From Candidatus Bathyarchaeota archaeon (GTDB lineage: Archaea; Thermoproteota; Bathyarchaeia; Bathyarchaeales; Bathycorpusculaceae), in contig OY969706.1 of NCBI GenBank assembly GCA_963702095.1, forward strand, positions 1,152,001 through 1,216,000: a stretch of DNA of 64,000 nucleotides. Reading direction: 5' to 3'. How positions within the stretch are numbered: position 1 is the first letter of the stretch; each line of letters starts with the position of its first letter. Shown piece by piece: positions 9,828 to 19,290 of the stretch. The position numbers and the translations under genes are program-made. A model generated the notes under the pieces. The model was not told the DNA's origin, made no database searches, and was given only the letters and a program-made list of their open reading frames with translations.

Positions 9828-10949
9828 GTTAAGTTTTTTCTTGCTAGCATTTTGTATTAGTGTTATCCATTTGTTATCGCCCTCAACTTTGATACCACAC
9901 GCTTCGGCGGGGGTTTTACCATCCAGCGCCATGTGAGGACGTACAAAATTATAGTATGTCTGGAAGCCCTCAAGGATTGGGGTTCTACGCTTCTTTAATC
10001 CCCTCATTGTCTTTTCTCTATCTCGAATAGTTCCATTTAGGCGTTCCATCTTGTTATTGTTGTGTACTTTACCGTTTAAGGTTATTTTGCGGATGTGTTT
10101 TGTTTCGGGGAAGGCTTGTTCACATGCTACAGCGTAAGAGGGTAATCCGTCAGTGATGAGGACTTTTGGGTCTTTTCCCATGACTCTTTTAGCTCTAAAG
10201 AATAAGGCTCTTGCATCGTGTTTTTCTTTGGTTTCGGCTACTTCTTGAGCTATCCAGAAACGGGTTTCTGTGTCCATCATAGCGAAGAGGTACTTTAGGT
10301 TTCCAGCCATGCGGATGTAAACTTCATCAGCGCAAACCGTGTCAGAAACGTTTGGTCTGATTTTGTCAGTGTAGTTTTTCATTAGGCGAGTGTATTTCTT
10401 TATCCAGTTTAGGATTGTTCGGTAAGAGACTTTTACGCCCATTAATTCGAGGGCTCTCATTGTGTTGCGTAGGCTTTCCCCACCGAAATAAAGCTCTAAG
10501 CTGGTTACTACTGCTTGGGGATTATGCTTCATTTTCTCAAAGCCTATGTTGTATGTGAAGTATTTGTGGCAGTCTCGGCAGAGGTATTTTTGGATGTTGC
10601 CTGATTTGTTTTTGCGTAATCCAGCTTTCATTAGGTTCGGTGAACCACAGTAGATGCAAGCGGTTAGGGTTCCGAGTGGTTCTATTCTTTGGATTGCTAC
10701 TTCGGCGCGTACTCGCTGAGAGAAGATTACGGCGTGGATGTGTTTGCATGTGGTGTGTCGGTAAGTGTTATCTGGACAATCGCAAACCCATTCTTGATCT
10801 ATTTTATTGACTGCGTATTCGCCGTGTCCTGACTGTGATTTTACAAGGTAAAGCATTTCGTCTATTCTGTTGATTTGTCCGCTAGCCGTTGCGATTGCTT
10901 GACCGCGTACTTCTCTGGTTGTTAGCTGTGTGCTCGACATTTCAGTCAC
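9792..10949 (-). CDS. IS6-family DDE transposase with N-terminal SWIM and Zn-ribbon domains
   Basis: CDCPD..CKHIHA (SWIM), CIYC..CRDC, ADEVY, LITDG, NNKMERLNGTIR, YNFVRPH..L.GKTPAE. Confidence 0.92.
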   Translation of the reverse strand: MTEMSSTQLTTREVRGQAIATASGQINRIDEMLYLVKSQSGHGEYAVNKIDQEWVCDCPDNTYRHTTCKHIHAVIFSQRVRAEVAIQRIEPLGTLTACIYCGSPNLMKAGLRKNKSGNIQKYLCRDCHKYFTYNIGFEKMKHNPQAVVTSLELYFGGESLRNTMRALELMGVKVSYRTILNWIKKYTRLMKNYTDKIRPNVSDTVCADEVYIRMAGNLKYLFAMMDTETRFWIAQEVAETKEKHDARALFFRAKRVMGKDPKVLITDGLPSYAVACEQAFPETKHIRKITLNGKVHNNNKMERLNGTIRDREKTMRGLKKRRTPILEGFQTYYNFVRPHMALDGKTPAEACGIKVEGDNKWITLIQNASKKKLNLCFFSGGIQDS

Positions 10950-10968
10950 CTATTGATTTCAATAGGTG
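10947..10968. promoter_or_regulatory. Palindromic operator between transposase and RHH gene
   Basis: CACCTATTGA-TT-TCAATAGGTG, perfect 10-bp arms. Confidence 0.55.
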
Positions 10969-11030
10969 TAACGCAGCGCAAACTTATAAATATACCTATA
11001 AACATCAATAGATGTCATTAAGTGATTGAT

Positions 11031-11183
11031 ATGATGAAAAGATACACCTTAGCCATAACTGAAGAGATGGAAAAAAGATTAGACGAGGAACGAAAAAAGC
11101 GCCTCTTAGACTCAATCCCCGAAACCGTAAGAATGATACTAAGCGACTATTTAGCTAACCAAAAAACTAATCAAACCAATTAA
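11031..11183 (+). CDS. Ribbon-helix-helix (CopG-like) protein, 50 aa, not in ORF track
   Basis: Hand translation MMKRYTLAITEEMEKRLDEERKKRLLDSIPETVRMILSDYL.. Confidence 0.7.
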   Translation: MMKRYTLAITEEMEKRLDEERKKRLLDSIPETVRMILSDYLANQKTNQTN

Positions 11184-11205
11184 GAATAAAGCTTGAAAGG
11201 TAAAA

Positions 11206-11727
11206 ATGACTAAAAAGAGCCTTGCTAGTAAAATATTCAAAATCACTTGTGAAGTAGCAAAGGCTGTTGGAAAAGCTTTGTGGATATTTTCCAAATATCT
11301 CGTTAAATATTTTATTATTGCTTGTCGTTATCCACTTTTTACCGTTCCGTTGTTAGGTGCTTTATCAGGTTATTTCTTATATGTATTTCATGGAACAGAT
11401 TATGCGACCTTCTTTATGGTAACTATTATCGCATGGTTAGCCTCAGATATTTTAACCCCCTTCATACTTCGTGGTGGAAATGGAATTTTCCAATTTAGAC
11501 TTGCTGGTACGCATACAATGCCAGAAGGATATGGATTTCTAACTTTTTTTGGCGTCATTTTATTGATAACATTAGTAATAAACGTCTTATCAGACAAGAC
11601 TACTCAGATGCTATCTGATTATCTCGGTAATCCTCTAATTGCCTTTTCGATAGGTTGCCTTCTTTCGCTGTTTGTCTTCTTAGACTTAGTGGCGAAATTC
11701 TATAAACACGAAAAACAGCAAAAATAA
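11206..11727 (+). CDS. Hypothetical membrane protein, transposon cargo
   Basis: 173 aa, about 4 TM segments. Confidence 0.65.
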   Translation: MTKKSLASKIFKITCEVAKAVGKALWIFSKYLVKYFIIACRYPLFTVPLLGALSGYFLYVFHGTDYATFFMVTIIAWLASDILTPFILRGGNGIFQFRLAGTHTMPEGYGFLTFFGVILLITLVINVLSDKTTQMLSDYLGNPLIAFSIGCLLSLFVFLDLVAKFYKHEKQQK

Positions 11728-11872
11728 AAAATGCTGAAAGGAAAACGAATGTTAAAGGATTTAGTAAATCTAATTCGCTTAGAATAACCCATGAAAAAAA
11801 GAACGCTAATGTTAATACAATTGAGCGGTAAAAGCGCTTTCCAAATTCGTCAATTCCTTTTTCGGCAGTCAT
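11600..11872 (-). CDS. Possible small 2-TM protein
   Basis: MTAEKGIDEFGKRF.. hydrophobic; overlaps the 3' end of the convergent gene. Confidence 0.35.
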   Translation of the reverse strand: MTAEKGIDEFGKRFYRSIVLTLAFFFSWVILSELDLLNPLTFVFLSAFFIFAVFRVYRISPLSLRRQTAKEGNLSKRQLEDYRDNQIASE

Positions 11873-12096
11873 ATTATCAATAGAAAGTGAACTAGACGAT
11901 TTTTCACAGAGAAATCCCCTAGACGCAGACTTCACAGAACCCCTTTGAGGGTTATTTAAAGGGGTTAAAGGTAGGTGGCAGCCCTTTGCGTAATGTTTGG
12001 CTGTCGTTAAATGACTTGTTTGTTGTGTTTTTGTTTGTGGGGTTTCTTTTTTGGTGGGGGTGGCTGGTGGATTGTTGCTGCTGCTTTTTTGGTCTG

Positions 12097-12226
12097 TTTG
12101 TAGAATCTGCCACAACCCGTCAGCAACTTGGAGCAGATGCAGACGCCAAAACAGAGCCGCCTGCAGAACCCGTTGGTTGTTGTTGTGTATAGGGGGTTCT
12201 CAGCAACAACACCTATAGAAAAATAG
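12097..12226 (+). repeat. Dispersed intergenic repeat, GGTTGTTGTTGTGTATA subtype
   Basis: Colinear with 49619-49745; terminal hairpin gttgttg...cagcaac. Confidence 0.7.
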
Positions 12227-12302
12227 AAGAAAGCAAATTTTTGGTTTCGAGCCGCTTAAATATTCAACTCTGCATTCACATATTGCACTGGAGTACCATG
12301 CG

Positions 12303-12993
12303 TTGACTGAGAAGCAGCAGTGGCAACACCTCTACATGCTCCTAAAACTCGCTGAAATGGGCGCATACAAGCGCACGGCAAAGATTTCAACAGAGTATTT
12401 AGCGAAAAAACTGAGATATCAGCCAGCAGACTGCTTCGCGTTACCTCATCGAATTGGAGCATAGGGGCTGGATTCAACGCAACATCACCCCTGAAGGCAG
12501 CCTCATAAAAATCGAGGAACAAGGTGTAGCGCAGCTGCAAAAACTCTACAGCAGCCTCAAGTTGCTGATGGAGAAAACTTATCCGCCCTCAGTCACCTTA
12601 GAAGGCACCGTTTTCACAGGGTTAGGCGAAGGCGCATATTACATCAACAAACCCGACTACAAAAAACAAATCGTCGACAAACTCGGCTTCGAACCCTACC
12701 CCGGCACCCTAAACATAAAATTAACCACAGACTACGATATTAAAACCCGCCAAGAACTCGAAGCCTACCCCGCTGTCGAAGTCACAGGTTTTCAAGGTGA
12801 CGACCGCAGCTTCGGCTTGGTAAAATGTTACCCCGCGGTTATCGGCGGCAAAGTCAAAGGTGCCTTGGTGACGGCACTGCGCAGCCACTACGATGCTTCC
12901 GTGCTTGAAATAATCGCGCCTGTTTGCCTTCGAAAACACCTAAACCTCAAAGACGGCGGCAAAGTAAAAGTGGAAATTTCCGCTGTATCCTAA
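12303..12993 (+). CDS. ribK: CTP-dependent riboflavin kinase with N-terminal wHTH (frameshifted ~12414)
   Basis: GTVFTGLGEGAYY, PYPGTLN, EIIAPVCLR; HTH (..ISQQTASRYL) restored by removing one base. Confidence 0.88.
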
Positions 12994-13598
12994 AACGGAG
13001 TTGTTCTGTAGCGGAACTGTTTTTTTGTGTCTTCTTGGTTTGGCTTGCGTTTGGAAGCTAATACGTAGCCGACAACTAAGCCGAATGCTAAGCCGCCTAA
13101 GTGAGCAACGATGTTTACACCTTCCCCGGTGTTAATGAAGAACAGGAAAAACGCGAACACTAAAGCACCTAGTATGGATTGCCGCATTGCACGTCGGTCA
13201 TAGATTACGCATGCGCCGAAGAGGGCAAAGATGGCGCCTGAAGCCCCCACTGAAACGAAGATGGGACCAAAGCCCAGTGAGAGCAGGTTGCCGATTAAGC
13301 CGCCGACGAGGTAGATGGTGAGGTATTCGGGGAGCGAGAACATTTCTTCTGCGCGTAACCCGAAGATGAGCAGGAACAGCATGTTGCCGGCGAGGTGGAA
13401 TATTGAGGCGTGGATGAATATGGATGTGATGAGTTGCCAATATGCGCCTTGGAACACAAAGGCGTTAACTTGCCCCCAATTGTAAATCACGTAATCGCCG
13501 GTGTTTAACGCGCTGCCAGTGACTATGGCGCCTACAATGTAGATAGCCACGTTTATGGCGATTAAGATGTAGGTGGGCTTGTATTTCTCGCAGTTCAT
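12990..13598 (-). CDS. Rhomboid intramembrane serine protease
   Basis: HLAGNM, GASGAIF, AHLGG. Confidence 0.92.
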   Translation of the reverse strand: MNCEKYKPTYILIAINVAIYIVGAIVTGSALNTGDYVIYNWGQVNAFVFQGAYWQLITSIFIHASIFHLAGNMLFLLIFGLRAEEMFSLPEYLTIYLVGGLIGNLLSLGFGPIFVSVGASGAIFALFGACVIYDRRAMRQSILGALVFAFFLFFINTGEGVNIVAHLGGLAFGLVVGYVLASKRKPNQEDTKKQFRYRTTPF

Positions 13599-13613
13599 TA
13601 AGGTACACGACGG

Positions 13614-14076
13614 TTACTTGGAGAGTTTGTCGATTATTTTCTGTTTAATCTTTGTTGAGCTATCTAAAGTATTCTCCCCAAACTTGCCGATTCGCACGAT
13701 TGTGATAGGCAGTTTATGCGTTGCCAAATAATCTTTAACTTCGCACTCCATCCCAGCTTGGTCGTATCCCAACGCGATGATGTCCGGCTTAATTTTTTCT
13801 ATGACCTCGCCGATTTCTAAGCCTTCAAACCCCACAACCGCTTCATCCACCACTCTTAGCGATTGCACAAGCGCTTGGCGCTGGTCCTCGGACATGATGG
13901 GTTTTCTGCCCTTCATCTTCTCTACAGTGCTGTCTTTGGCTATGACGACGATTAGTTTGGCTTTGTTTCCGCCTGCTTTTTTTGCTTCCTCGAGGAACCT
14001 TACGTGGCCGTAGATGCAGCAGGTCAAAGACGCCTGAAGCTAAGACTACTTTTGGTTTTCCTGTTTGCTTGGCCAT
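13614..14076 (-). CDS. ribL: FAD synthase / cytidyltransferase-like (frameshifted ~14011)
   Basis: ASGVFDLLH[L]GHVRFLEEAK split across two frames; IALGYDQ. Confidence 0.82.
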
Positions 14077-14327
14077 ACAAAGTTCACTGCACCCATTAAC
14101 CTTAACCCGTCCAGTAGCCCTTCACAGTAAGCCACTGAGGTTAAGCTGGTTTCAAGCTTGCCCTGAGCCTTATAATACTTTGCATCTTCAAGGTAATCGC
14201 CAGCCCAACGCAGCACCTCAGCCACCTTTGCCTCATCCACGCTCAGCGGGGTGGGGTTGCGTTTGAGTTCAGAGAACACTTTTTCTGCTGAAGCAAGGTA
14301 TTTGGCGGCAAGGGCTTCTAAACTCAT
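14046..14327 (-). CDS. DUF357 family protein
   Basis: YLEDAKYY..SVAYCEGLLD; usual neighbour of dph5. Confidence 0.8.
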   Translation of the reverse strand: MSLEALAAKYLASAEKVFSELKRNPTPLSVDEAKVAEVLRWAGDYLEDAKYYKAQGKLETSLTSVAYCEGLLDGLRLMGAVNFVWPSKQENQK

Positions 14328-15127
14328 TTTATAAGTCTCCCAAATTCGGCTGGGGCACCAGCAAGGGCTATTAAAGCGTCTACTTCCATGAAATGCAAGT
14401 CTCCGGGGATTATGAGGCTAAACGGAGGCTCACCGAAATCGTAGCCTGCCAAATCTTTAAGGTAATCTGCTTTTATGGTGGGGGTGTCGCTGCCTGCTCT
14501 TGCGATGCCGACCCCGACAGTTTCAAGTGTAATTATGCCCTGCTGTTTTTTTTCCTCAACTATTAGCAGCAGCTTGATGGCTTCTTTTATGGAGAGATAC
14601 TTGTTTTCTGCTGCCCGCAAATCCAAAAGGCAAAGCGTATGCAGCCCTAACTTCTTGTTCTGTGCGATGACGTTGTAGGGTGTCTCAGAAAAGTTGTCGG
14701 CGAAGGGTACTGTGACGGTTTTTCCGAACTTGTAGTTGTGCAAACCTGAGAGGCTAACGATGGCTGACATAATTGAAATGCCATGCACTACACGGGTTTT
14801 TATGCCCTTCTTCTCTGCGTCGATGCGCAGGGTGATGTGGGTTGTGGCGATGAAGGGGTCGCCTGGAACCAGAAACACGGCTTTTCCCACTTTGGCGGCT
14901 GCAAGTAGGATTTTGCCACTGTCCTCTTCGAGGTCGCTGCGTTGGATAAGTTGGATTTTTCTGCCGCACATCTCCTCGAAATGTGGCATGTTGAAGTCGG
15001 GCATGCGGCTGGTGTAGGTTTCCATGAAAACGGCGTCGGCGCTGCGGGTTTCTTCTAAGCCTTTGACTGTTATGCCTTTTTCGTCGTTTAGTCCTAAGCC
15101 TACAAACACCAGTTCCAATTTGACCAC
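14324..15127 (-). CDS. dph5: Diphthine synthase
   Basis: GDPFIATTH, YKFGKTVT, LHTLCLLD, LHFME. Confidence 0.95.
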   Translation of the reverse strand: MVKLELVFVGLGLNDEKGITVKGLEETRSADAVFMETYTSRMPDFNMPHFEEMCGRKIQLIQRSDLEEDSGKILLAAAKVGKAVFLVPGDPFIATTHITLRIDAEKKGIKTRVVHGISIMSAIVSLSGLHNYKFGKTVTVPFADNFSETPYNVIAQNKKLGLHTLCLLDLRAAENKYLSIKEAIKLLLIVEEKKQQGIITLETVGVGIARAGSDTPTIKADYLKDLAGYDFGEPPFSLIIPGDLHFMEVDALIALAGAPAEFGRLIK

Positions 15128-15136
15128 TGCACCCTG

Positions 15137-15325
15137 TTATTCTTGTTTTATTTTTCCCTGTGCTACCAGTTCATTGTAGAGGCTGCGGCAATCCTCCATA
15201 GTTAGGCTGTAGCGTTGACAGAAGATGGTGAGGACTTCTTCGGCTGGTTCCCCTTTTTTTCTGTCCCGAATCATCTCGTGGAGGGCTTCAAGTGAATGTT
15301 GTTTATCGACCAGCTTTTTACTCAT
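15137..15325 (-). CDS. Small hypothetical protein
   Basis: 62 aa, co-oriented upstream of dph5. Confidence 0.55.
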   Translation of the reverse strand: MSKKLVDKQHSLEALHEMIRDRKKGEPAEEVLTIFCQRYSLTMEDCRSLYNELVAQGKIKQE

Positions 15326-15397
15326 GTTTCTTCCAACCCTTACTTATGTAGTATCATGTTTGTGCTTGTTCAAAAAGGCTTTTGCATAAGATACTGT

Positions 15398-15414
15398 TCG
15401 GATGGAACATCCGA
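15398..15414. promoter_or_regulatory. Palindromic site just upstream of the cobD TATA box
   Basis: TCGGATG-GAA-CATCCGA followed by CTTTATAT at 15421. Confidence 0.4.
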
Positions 15415-15480
15415 CCAAACCTTTATATGAATTACATTGAAAGGAAACCTTGGAATTCAGCGGCACAGGAATCGTATACC

Positions 15481-16614
15481 ATGAAGCCCATCGAAAATCT
15501 AGTCAAGGACAACGTTAAAAATCTTAAGCCATGCGTACATGGCGCAGAGGTTTATGGTGCCTCCCAAGAAAGCGGGTTCCAGATAAGAGACATCCTCGAT
15601 TTCAGTTCAAGCGTAAACCCGCTTGGTCCCTCCAAAAAAGCCCTTGCCGCGACAGAAGCCGCATTCCGTTACATCCCAGCTTACCCCGACTCCAACTCCA
15701 CTCAGCTCAGAGAGGTTATTGCAAACCACTACAGCGGCGTAACCAAAGACAACATCGTCGTCGGCAACGGCTCAACTGAACTCATGTACCTCTTTGCCGA
15801 GGCATTTCTCAAACGCGGCGAAAAAGCGTTGATGCCCGCGCCCACCTTCGGCGAATATGAAAGCGCTGTTCGCAAAACTGGGGAATCCGTCAAATTCGTC
15901 CGCTTAGGCAGCAGTTTCCAAGTTGAAGCTGAAGCTTTCAAGTCGGCGATGGCTGGGTGCAAACTGCTTTTCCTCTGCAACCCCAACAGTCCCACAAGCA
16001 AACTCATCCCCCAAACCACCTTAACCGAACTCCTTGAAACCGCTTTGGCACAGGACATCTTGGTTTTCCTCGACGAAGACTTCCTCGAATTCGTAGACGA
16101 CGAAAAAACCCTCTCCATGATACCTAAAATCGGCAAGTACCCCAACCTGTTTGTGCTGCGTTCCTTCACCAAAATCTTCGGCTTAACCGGGCTGCGCGTT
16201 GGCTACGGCATAACCAGCAAAGACATCGCAGACGTGCTCTTGTGTGCCAAGATTCCTTGGAACGTGAATTGTTTGGCGCAGGCAGCTGCTGTTGCAGCCG
16301 TTGAAGACCAAGAGCACCTGCAGGTAACGTGGGAACTGATCAAAAAAGAGAAAGCGTGGCTCCAGCAAGAGTTGGGCGCCATCAAAAGCTTCAGTTTTAG
16401 CCCGCCAGACGCCAACTTTTTTTTCATAGACATACGTGAAACAGGCTTAACCGCCAACGCGCTCAAACATCGGATGCTCAAACAGGGCATTTTGATCCGT
16501 GACTGCAGTTCGTTTGTGGGACTAAACGAATTTTACATCCGCGTGGCAGTGAAAACCCACGAGGAAAACCAGTGTTTAATCGAGGCGTTTAAGCAGTCGC
16601 TAAAGACGGTTTGA
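15481..16614 (+). CDS. cobD: Threonine-phosphate decarboxylase / HisC-like PLP enzyme
   Basis: HGA..DFSSSVNPLG, CNPNSPT, RSFTKIFGLTGLRVGY; adjacent to cbiB. Confidence 0.8.
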   Translation: MKPIENLVKDNVKNLKPCVHGAEVYGASQESGFQIRDILDFSSSVNPLGPSKKALAATEAAFRYIPAYPDSNSTQLREVIANHYSGVTKDNIVVGNGSTELMYLFAEAFLKRGEKALMPAPTFGEYESAVRKTGESVKFVRLGSSFQVEAEAFKSAMAGCKLLFLCNPNSPTSKLIPQTTLTELLETALAQDILVFLDEDFLEFVDDEKTLSMIPKIGKYPNLFVLRSFTKIFGLTGLRVGYGITSKDIADVLLCAKIPWNVNCLAQAAAVAAVEDQEHLQVTWELIKKEKAWLQQELGAIKSFSFSPPDANFFFIDIRETGLTANALKHRMLKQGILIRDCSSFVGLNEFYIRVAVKTHEENQCLIEAFKQSLKTV

Positions 16615-16615
16615 T

Positions 16616-17602
16616 GTGGGCATGTTTGCGTTTGCTGTCTCCTGGTTTGTTGATTCCGCGCTTATCTTTACATTAGCTTTCCTCATCGACCTCGCGTTCG
16701 GCGAATACCCTGACCGCGTCCACCCAACCATCGGCATCGGCAAACTCATCCTTATCCTAAAAAAGAAAGCCAAACACCCAAACCCCACAGTCGAGAAAGC
16801 CAACGGCGTCTTGATGGCGCTATCTATCATGCTGATTGCGGCACTTCCCGTCTTCGCCTTGCTCTACTGGCTAAGAACCCTGCCGTTCCCATACGGCGAA
16901 GTACTCTACATCGTTGTCGGCGCAATCCTGTTTAAAGCCACCTTCGCCATCTCTGGCATGGGGCAATACACCAAACCCATCGCGGCAGCCCTGAAAAACC
17001 GTGATTTGGATGGCGCACGCAAATGGCTGCCCTACATCGTCCGCCGAGACCCAAAAAGCCTCGACGAACGCCAAATTATATCTGCCGCAGTCGAATCCAT
17101 CGCGGAGTCCACCACCGACGGCATCACTGCACCTTTCTTTTTTTTCGCCATCTTTGGCGTGCCCGGTGCTTTCGCTTACCGAGTCATCAACACGCTCGAT
17201 TCCATGGTGGGCTACAAGAACGCTGAGTTCCGAAACATCGGCTGGTTTAGCGCTAAAATGGACACCATAACCAACTACCTCCCCGCAAGAATCACGGCTT
17301 ACTTGATGGTGGCGGCGGCGATGCTTTTGGGAGAGGATTGGCGGGAGTCATGGCGCATATTGCAGCGTGATAAGCACAAAACCGCCAGCCCCAACGCAGG
17401 CTTCACCATCTCCGCCATGGCTGGAGCACTAAACATTCAGCTTGAAAAGCAGGATTACTACAAACTCGGCGACGACAAAGGACATATTTCGCATGAGGAC
17501 ATTGGCAAGGCGTTGCGGGTGATGACGTTGACCTCAGCGTTGTTTGGGATAGTGGTGGTTCTGCCTATCTTGGCGTTGCGCGTTTACGTCGTAGGTTTCT
17601 AG
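16616..17602 (+). CDS. cbiB: Adenosylcobinamide-phosphate synthase CbiB
   Basis: ESIAESTTDG, YRVINTLDSMVGY, SPNAG. Confidence 0.93.
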   Translation: MGMFAFAVSWFVDSALIFTLAFLIDLAFGEYPDRVHPTIGIGKLILILKKKAKHPNPTVEKANGVLMALSIMLIAALPVFALLYWLRTLPFPYGEVLYIVVGAILFKATFAISGMGQYTKPIAAALKNRDLDGARKWLPYIVRRDPKSLDERQIISAAVESIAESTTDGITAPFFFFAIFGVPGAFAYRVINTLDSMVGYKNAEFRNIGWFSAKMDTITNYLPARITAYLMVAAAMLLGEDWRESWRILQRDKHKTASPNAGFTISAMAGALNIQLEKQDYYKLGDDKGHISHEDIGKALRVMTLTSALFGIVVVLPILALRVYVVGF

Positions 17603-17668
17603 TTGCTCTTCCCGTCTCTGTTTCGTCCTTAGCAGTAGATCAACGTTGGGCGTGGCCGGGGTTTCTGT

Positions 17669-17798
17669 TTTTCTAGTGTTAGAAGAAGAGAGTGTTGTTC
17701 TTGCTCATCATTTTTCAGTGAGTTGTTTGGGCGATTGCTTTTTTGTGTCTGCGTCGGTGTCGGGTTGCAGGCTGGTTGAGACTGATCCCACAAGCTGA
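17669..17798 (-). repeat. Dispersed 130-bp repeat
   Basis: Reverse complement of 31154-31283 with two substitutions by eye. Confidence 0.9.
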
Positions 17799-17917
17799 TG
17801 GCGATATAGGGCTTATTTTTCGGCGATTACTCGACGTATATACAAAAATTTATACATATACAAATTTGTATATTTGTTACCGAAATACTGTATTTCAGGT
17901 CCTTTTTCAGAAAGTGG

Positions 17918-18142
17918 TCAGAATTTTTCCTTTTTTGCCGCCGCCAATTCTTCAAGGATAACTAATGCTTCTCCAAGCGGCATACCCAGCCGCTCCGACA
18001 ACTCCGTGGCGGAGACATCGGCGTTTGACGGTAAAATCGTGTCGCGGATGTAGGCTTTGTGGGTGGGGTACATGACTGAGGCGTGGACGGTTTCAACAAG
18101 CAACTGCCAAAGCTTCTCTTTGCTGTATTCTTCCAGATTCAT
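17918..18142 (-). CDS. Small hypothetical protein
   Basis: MNLEEYSKEKLWQ.., HTH-like C-terminus. Confidence 0.6.
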   Translation of the reverse strand: MNLEEYSKEKLWQLLVETVHASVMYPTHKAYIRDTILPSNADVSATELSERLGMPLGEALVILEELAAAKKEKF

Positions 18143-18227
18143 TTCTGATTCACCGATTACCTGTGTAGTTAACGGTCCTTGGATAAAAACAGTAAAGATA
18201 AATCTGCCTATCACTGCTAAGATATAA

Positions 18228-19208
18228 GTGATAATTTTGAAAGCCGCAGTTTACCGTGGACCACACAACATAAAAATCGAAGAAGTCCCAGAACCAGAAG
18301 TTAAAGGCAGCCGCATACCTGTCCATTTCAAGGCAGGCAGCATCTGCGGAACCGACATGCACTTCTACCGCGGAGACTGGAAATGGATGAAACGGGGCAG
18401 AATCATGGGGCATGACGCCTGCGGAGTCCGCGACGACACCGGTGAACGGGTGGTCATGGTTCCCATCGCTAACTGTGGACACTGCTACTTCTGCCTCCGC
18501 GGGTTACCCACCTACTGCTTACACGGCAAATTCTACGGTCTAACAAGAGACGGCTTCTTTGCGGAGTCCAAAGCCATGCTGCCCCGCAGCCTCATCCCCG
18601 TCCCCGACAACGTCAGCGACGAGGAAGCGGCGGTTGTGGAGCCTGTGGCGTTGGCGCTTCGCGTGCTTAATAATTTGCAGCCTAACTTGGGCGACTGGGT
18701 CACAGTGGTGGGGCAGGGCGCGATTGGCTTGTTGATGACGCAGGTTGCGTTGATGAAGGGTTGCCGAGTCATCGCTGTAGACGTTGAGGATTACCGTTTG
18801 GAGCTCTCGGAGAAGTATGGGGCGGACGCGGTGATTAACGCTAAAACGATGGATGTGCCCAAAACCGTGCGTAAACTTACCCAGATGGGCTCGGATTTTG
18901 TGGTTGAAGCCGCGGGAACCCAGCAGACGGTGGAGCAGACGCCGTTTTTGGTGCGTAAAGCAGGCAAAGTAGCGTTGATCGGCGAGTCGAAGGGTTACTT
19001 GAATTTGGAGGATGCAGATGAAGCAGAATTTTCTACGATGTATATTTCGCCTGTTGAGTATCCGGCGGCGGTGGAGTTGATTGCCCGTGGGCTTGTGGAT
19101 GTGAAAGGGCTGGTTACGCACAGGTTTAGGCTCGACGAATTCGAGAAGGCGCTGGAAACCGTTGATACCCCCGGGGAAAAAGCTCTTAAAGTGGTTATCA
19201 CCGCATAG
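18228..19208 (+). CDS. Zinc-dependent alcohol dehydrogenase (MDR family)
   Basis: ICGTDMH, GHD (variant of GHE), CGHCYFC..C, GQGAIG. Confidence 0.9.
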   Translation: MIILKAAVYRGPHNIKIEEVPEPEVKGSRIPVHFKAGSICGTDMHFYRGDWKWMKRGRIMGHDACGVRDDTGERVVMVPIANCGHCYFCLRGLPTYCLHGKFYGLTRDGFFAESKAMLPRSLIPVPDNVSDEEAAVVEPVALALRVLNNLQPNLGDWVTVVGQGAIGLLMTQVALMKGCRVIAVDVEDYRLELSEKYGADAVINAKTMDVPKTVRKLTQMGSDFVVEAAGTQQTVEQTPFLVRKAGKVALIGESKGYLNLEDADEAEFSTMYISPVEYPAAVELIARGLVDVKGLVTHRFRLDEFEKALETVDTPGEKALKVVITA

Positions 19209-19290
19209 CTAAGTGCTTGACCACAAAGTATATTTCTTTTAGCGCTGTGTAAACCCCGAATCCTCGGAGCGATACAGGGAGCTAAGCACA

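Larger units (their letters stand above)
8513..11941. mobile_element. IS6-family transposon with passenger genes (~3.4 kb)
   Basis: Imperfect IRs (GGTTTTTTGAACTC / revcomp GGTTCTGTGAAGTC), 8-bp direct repeat CCTTTGAG at 8505-8512 and 11942-11949, internal DDE transposase. Confidence 0.85.
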
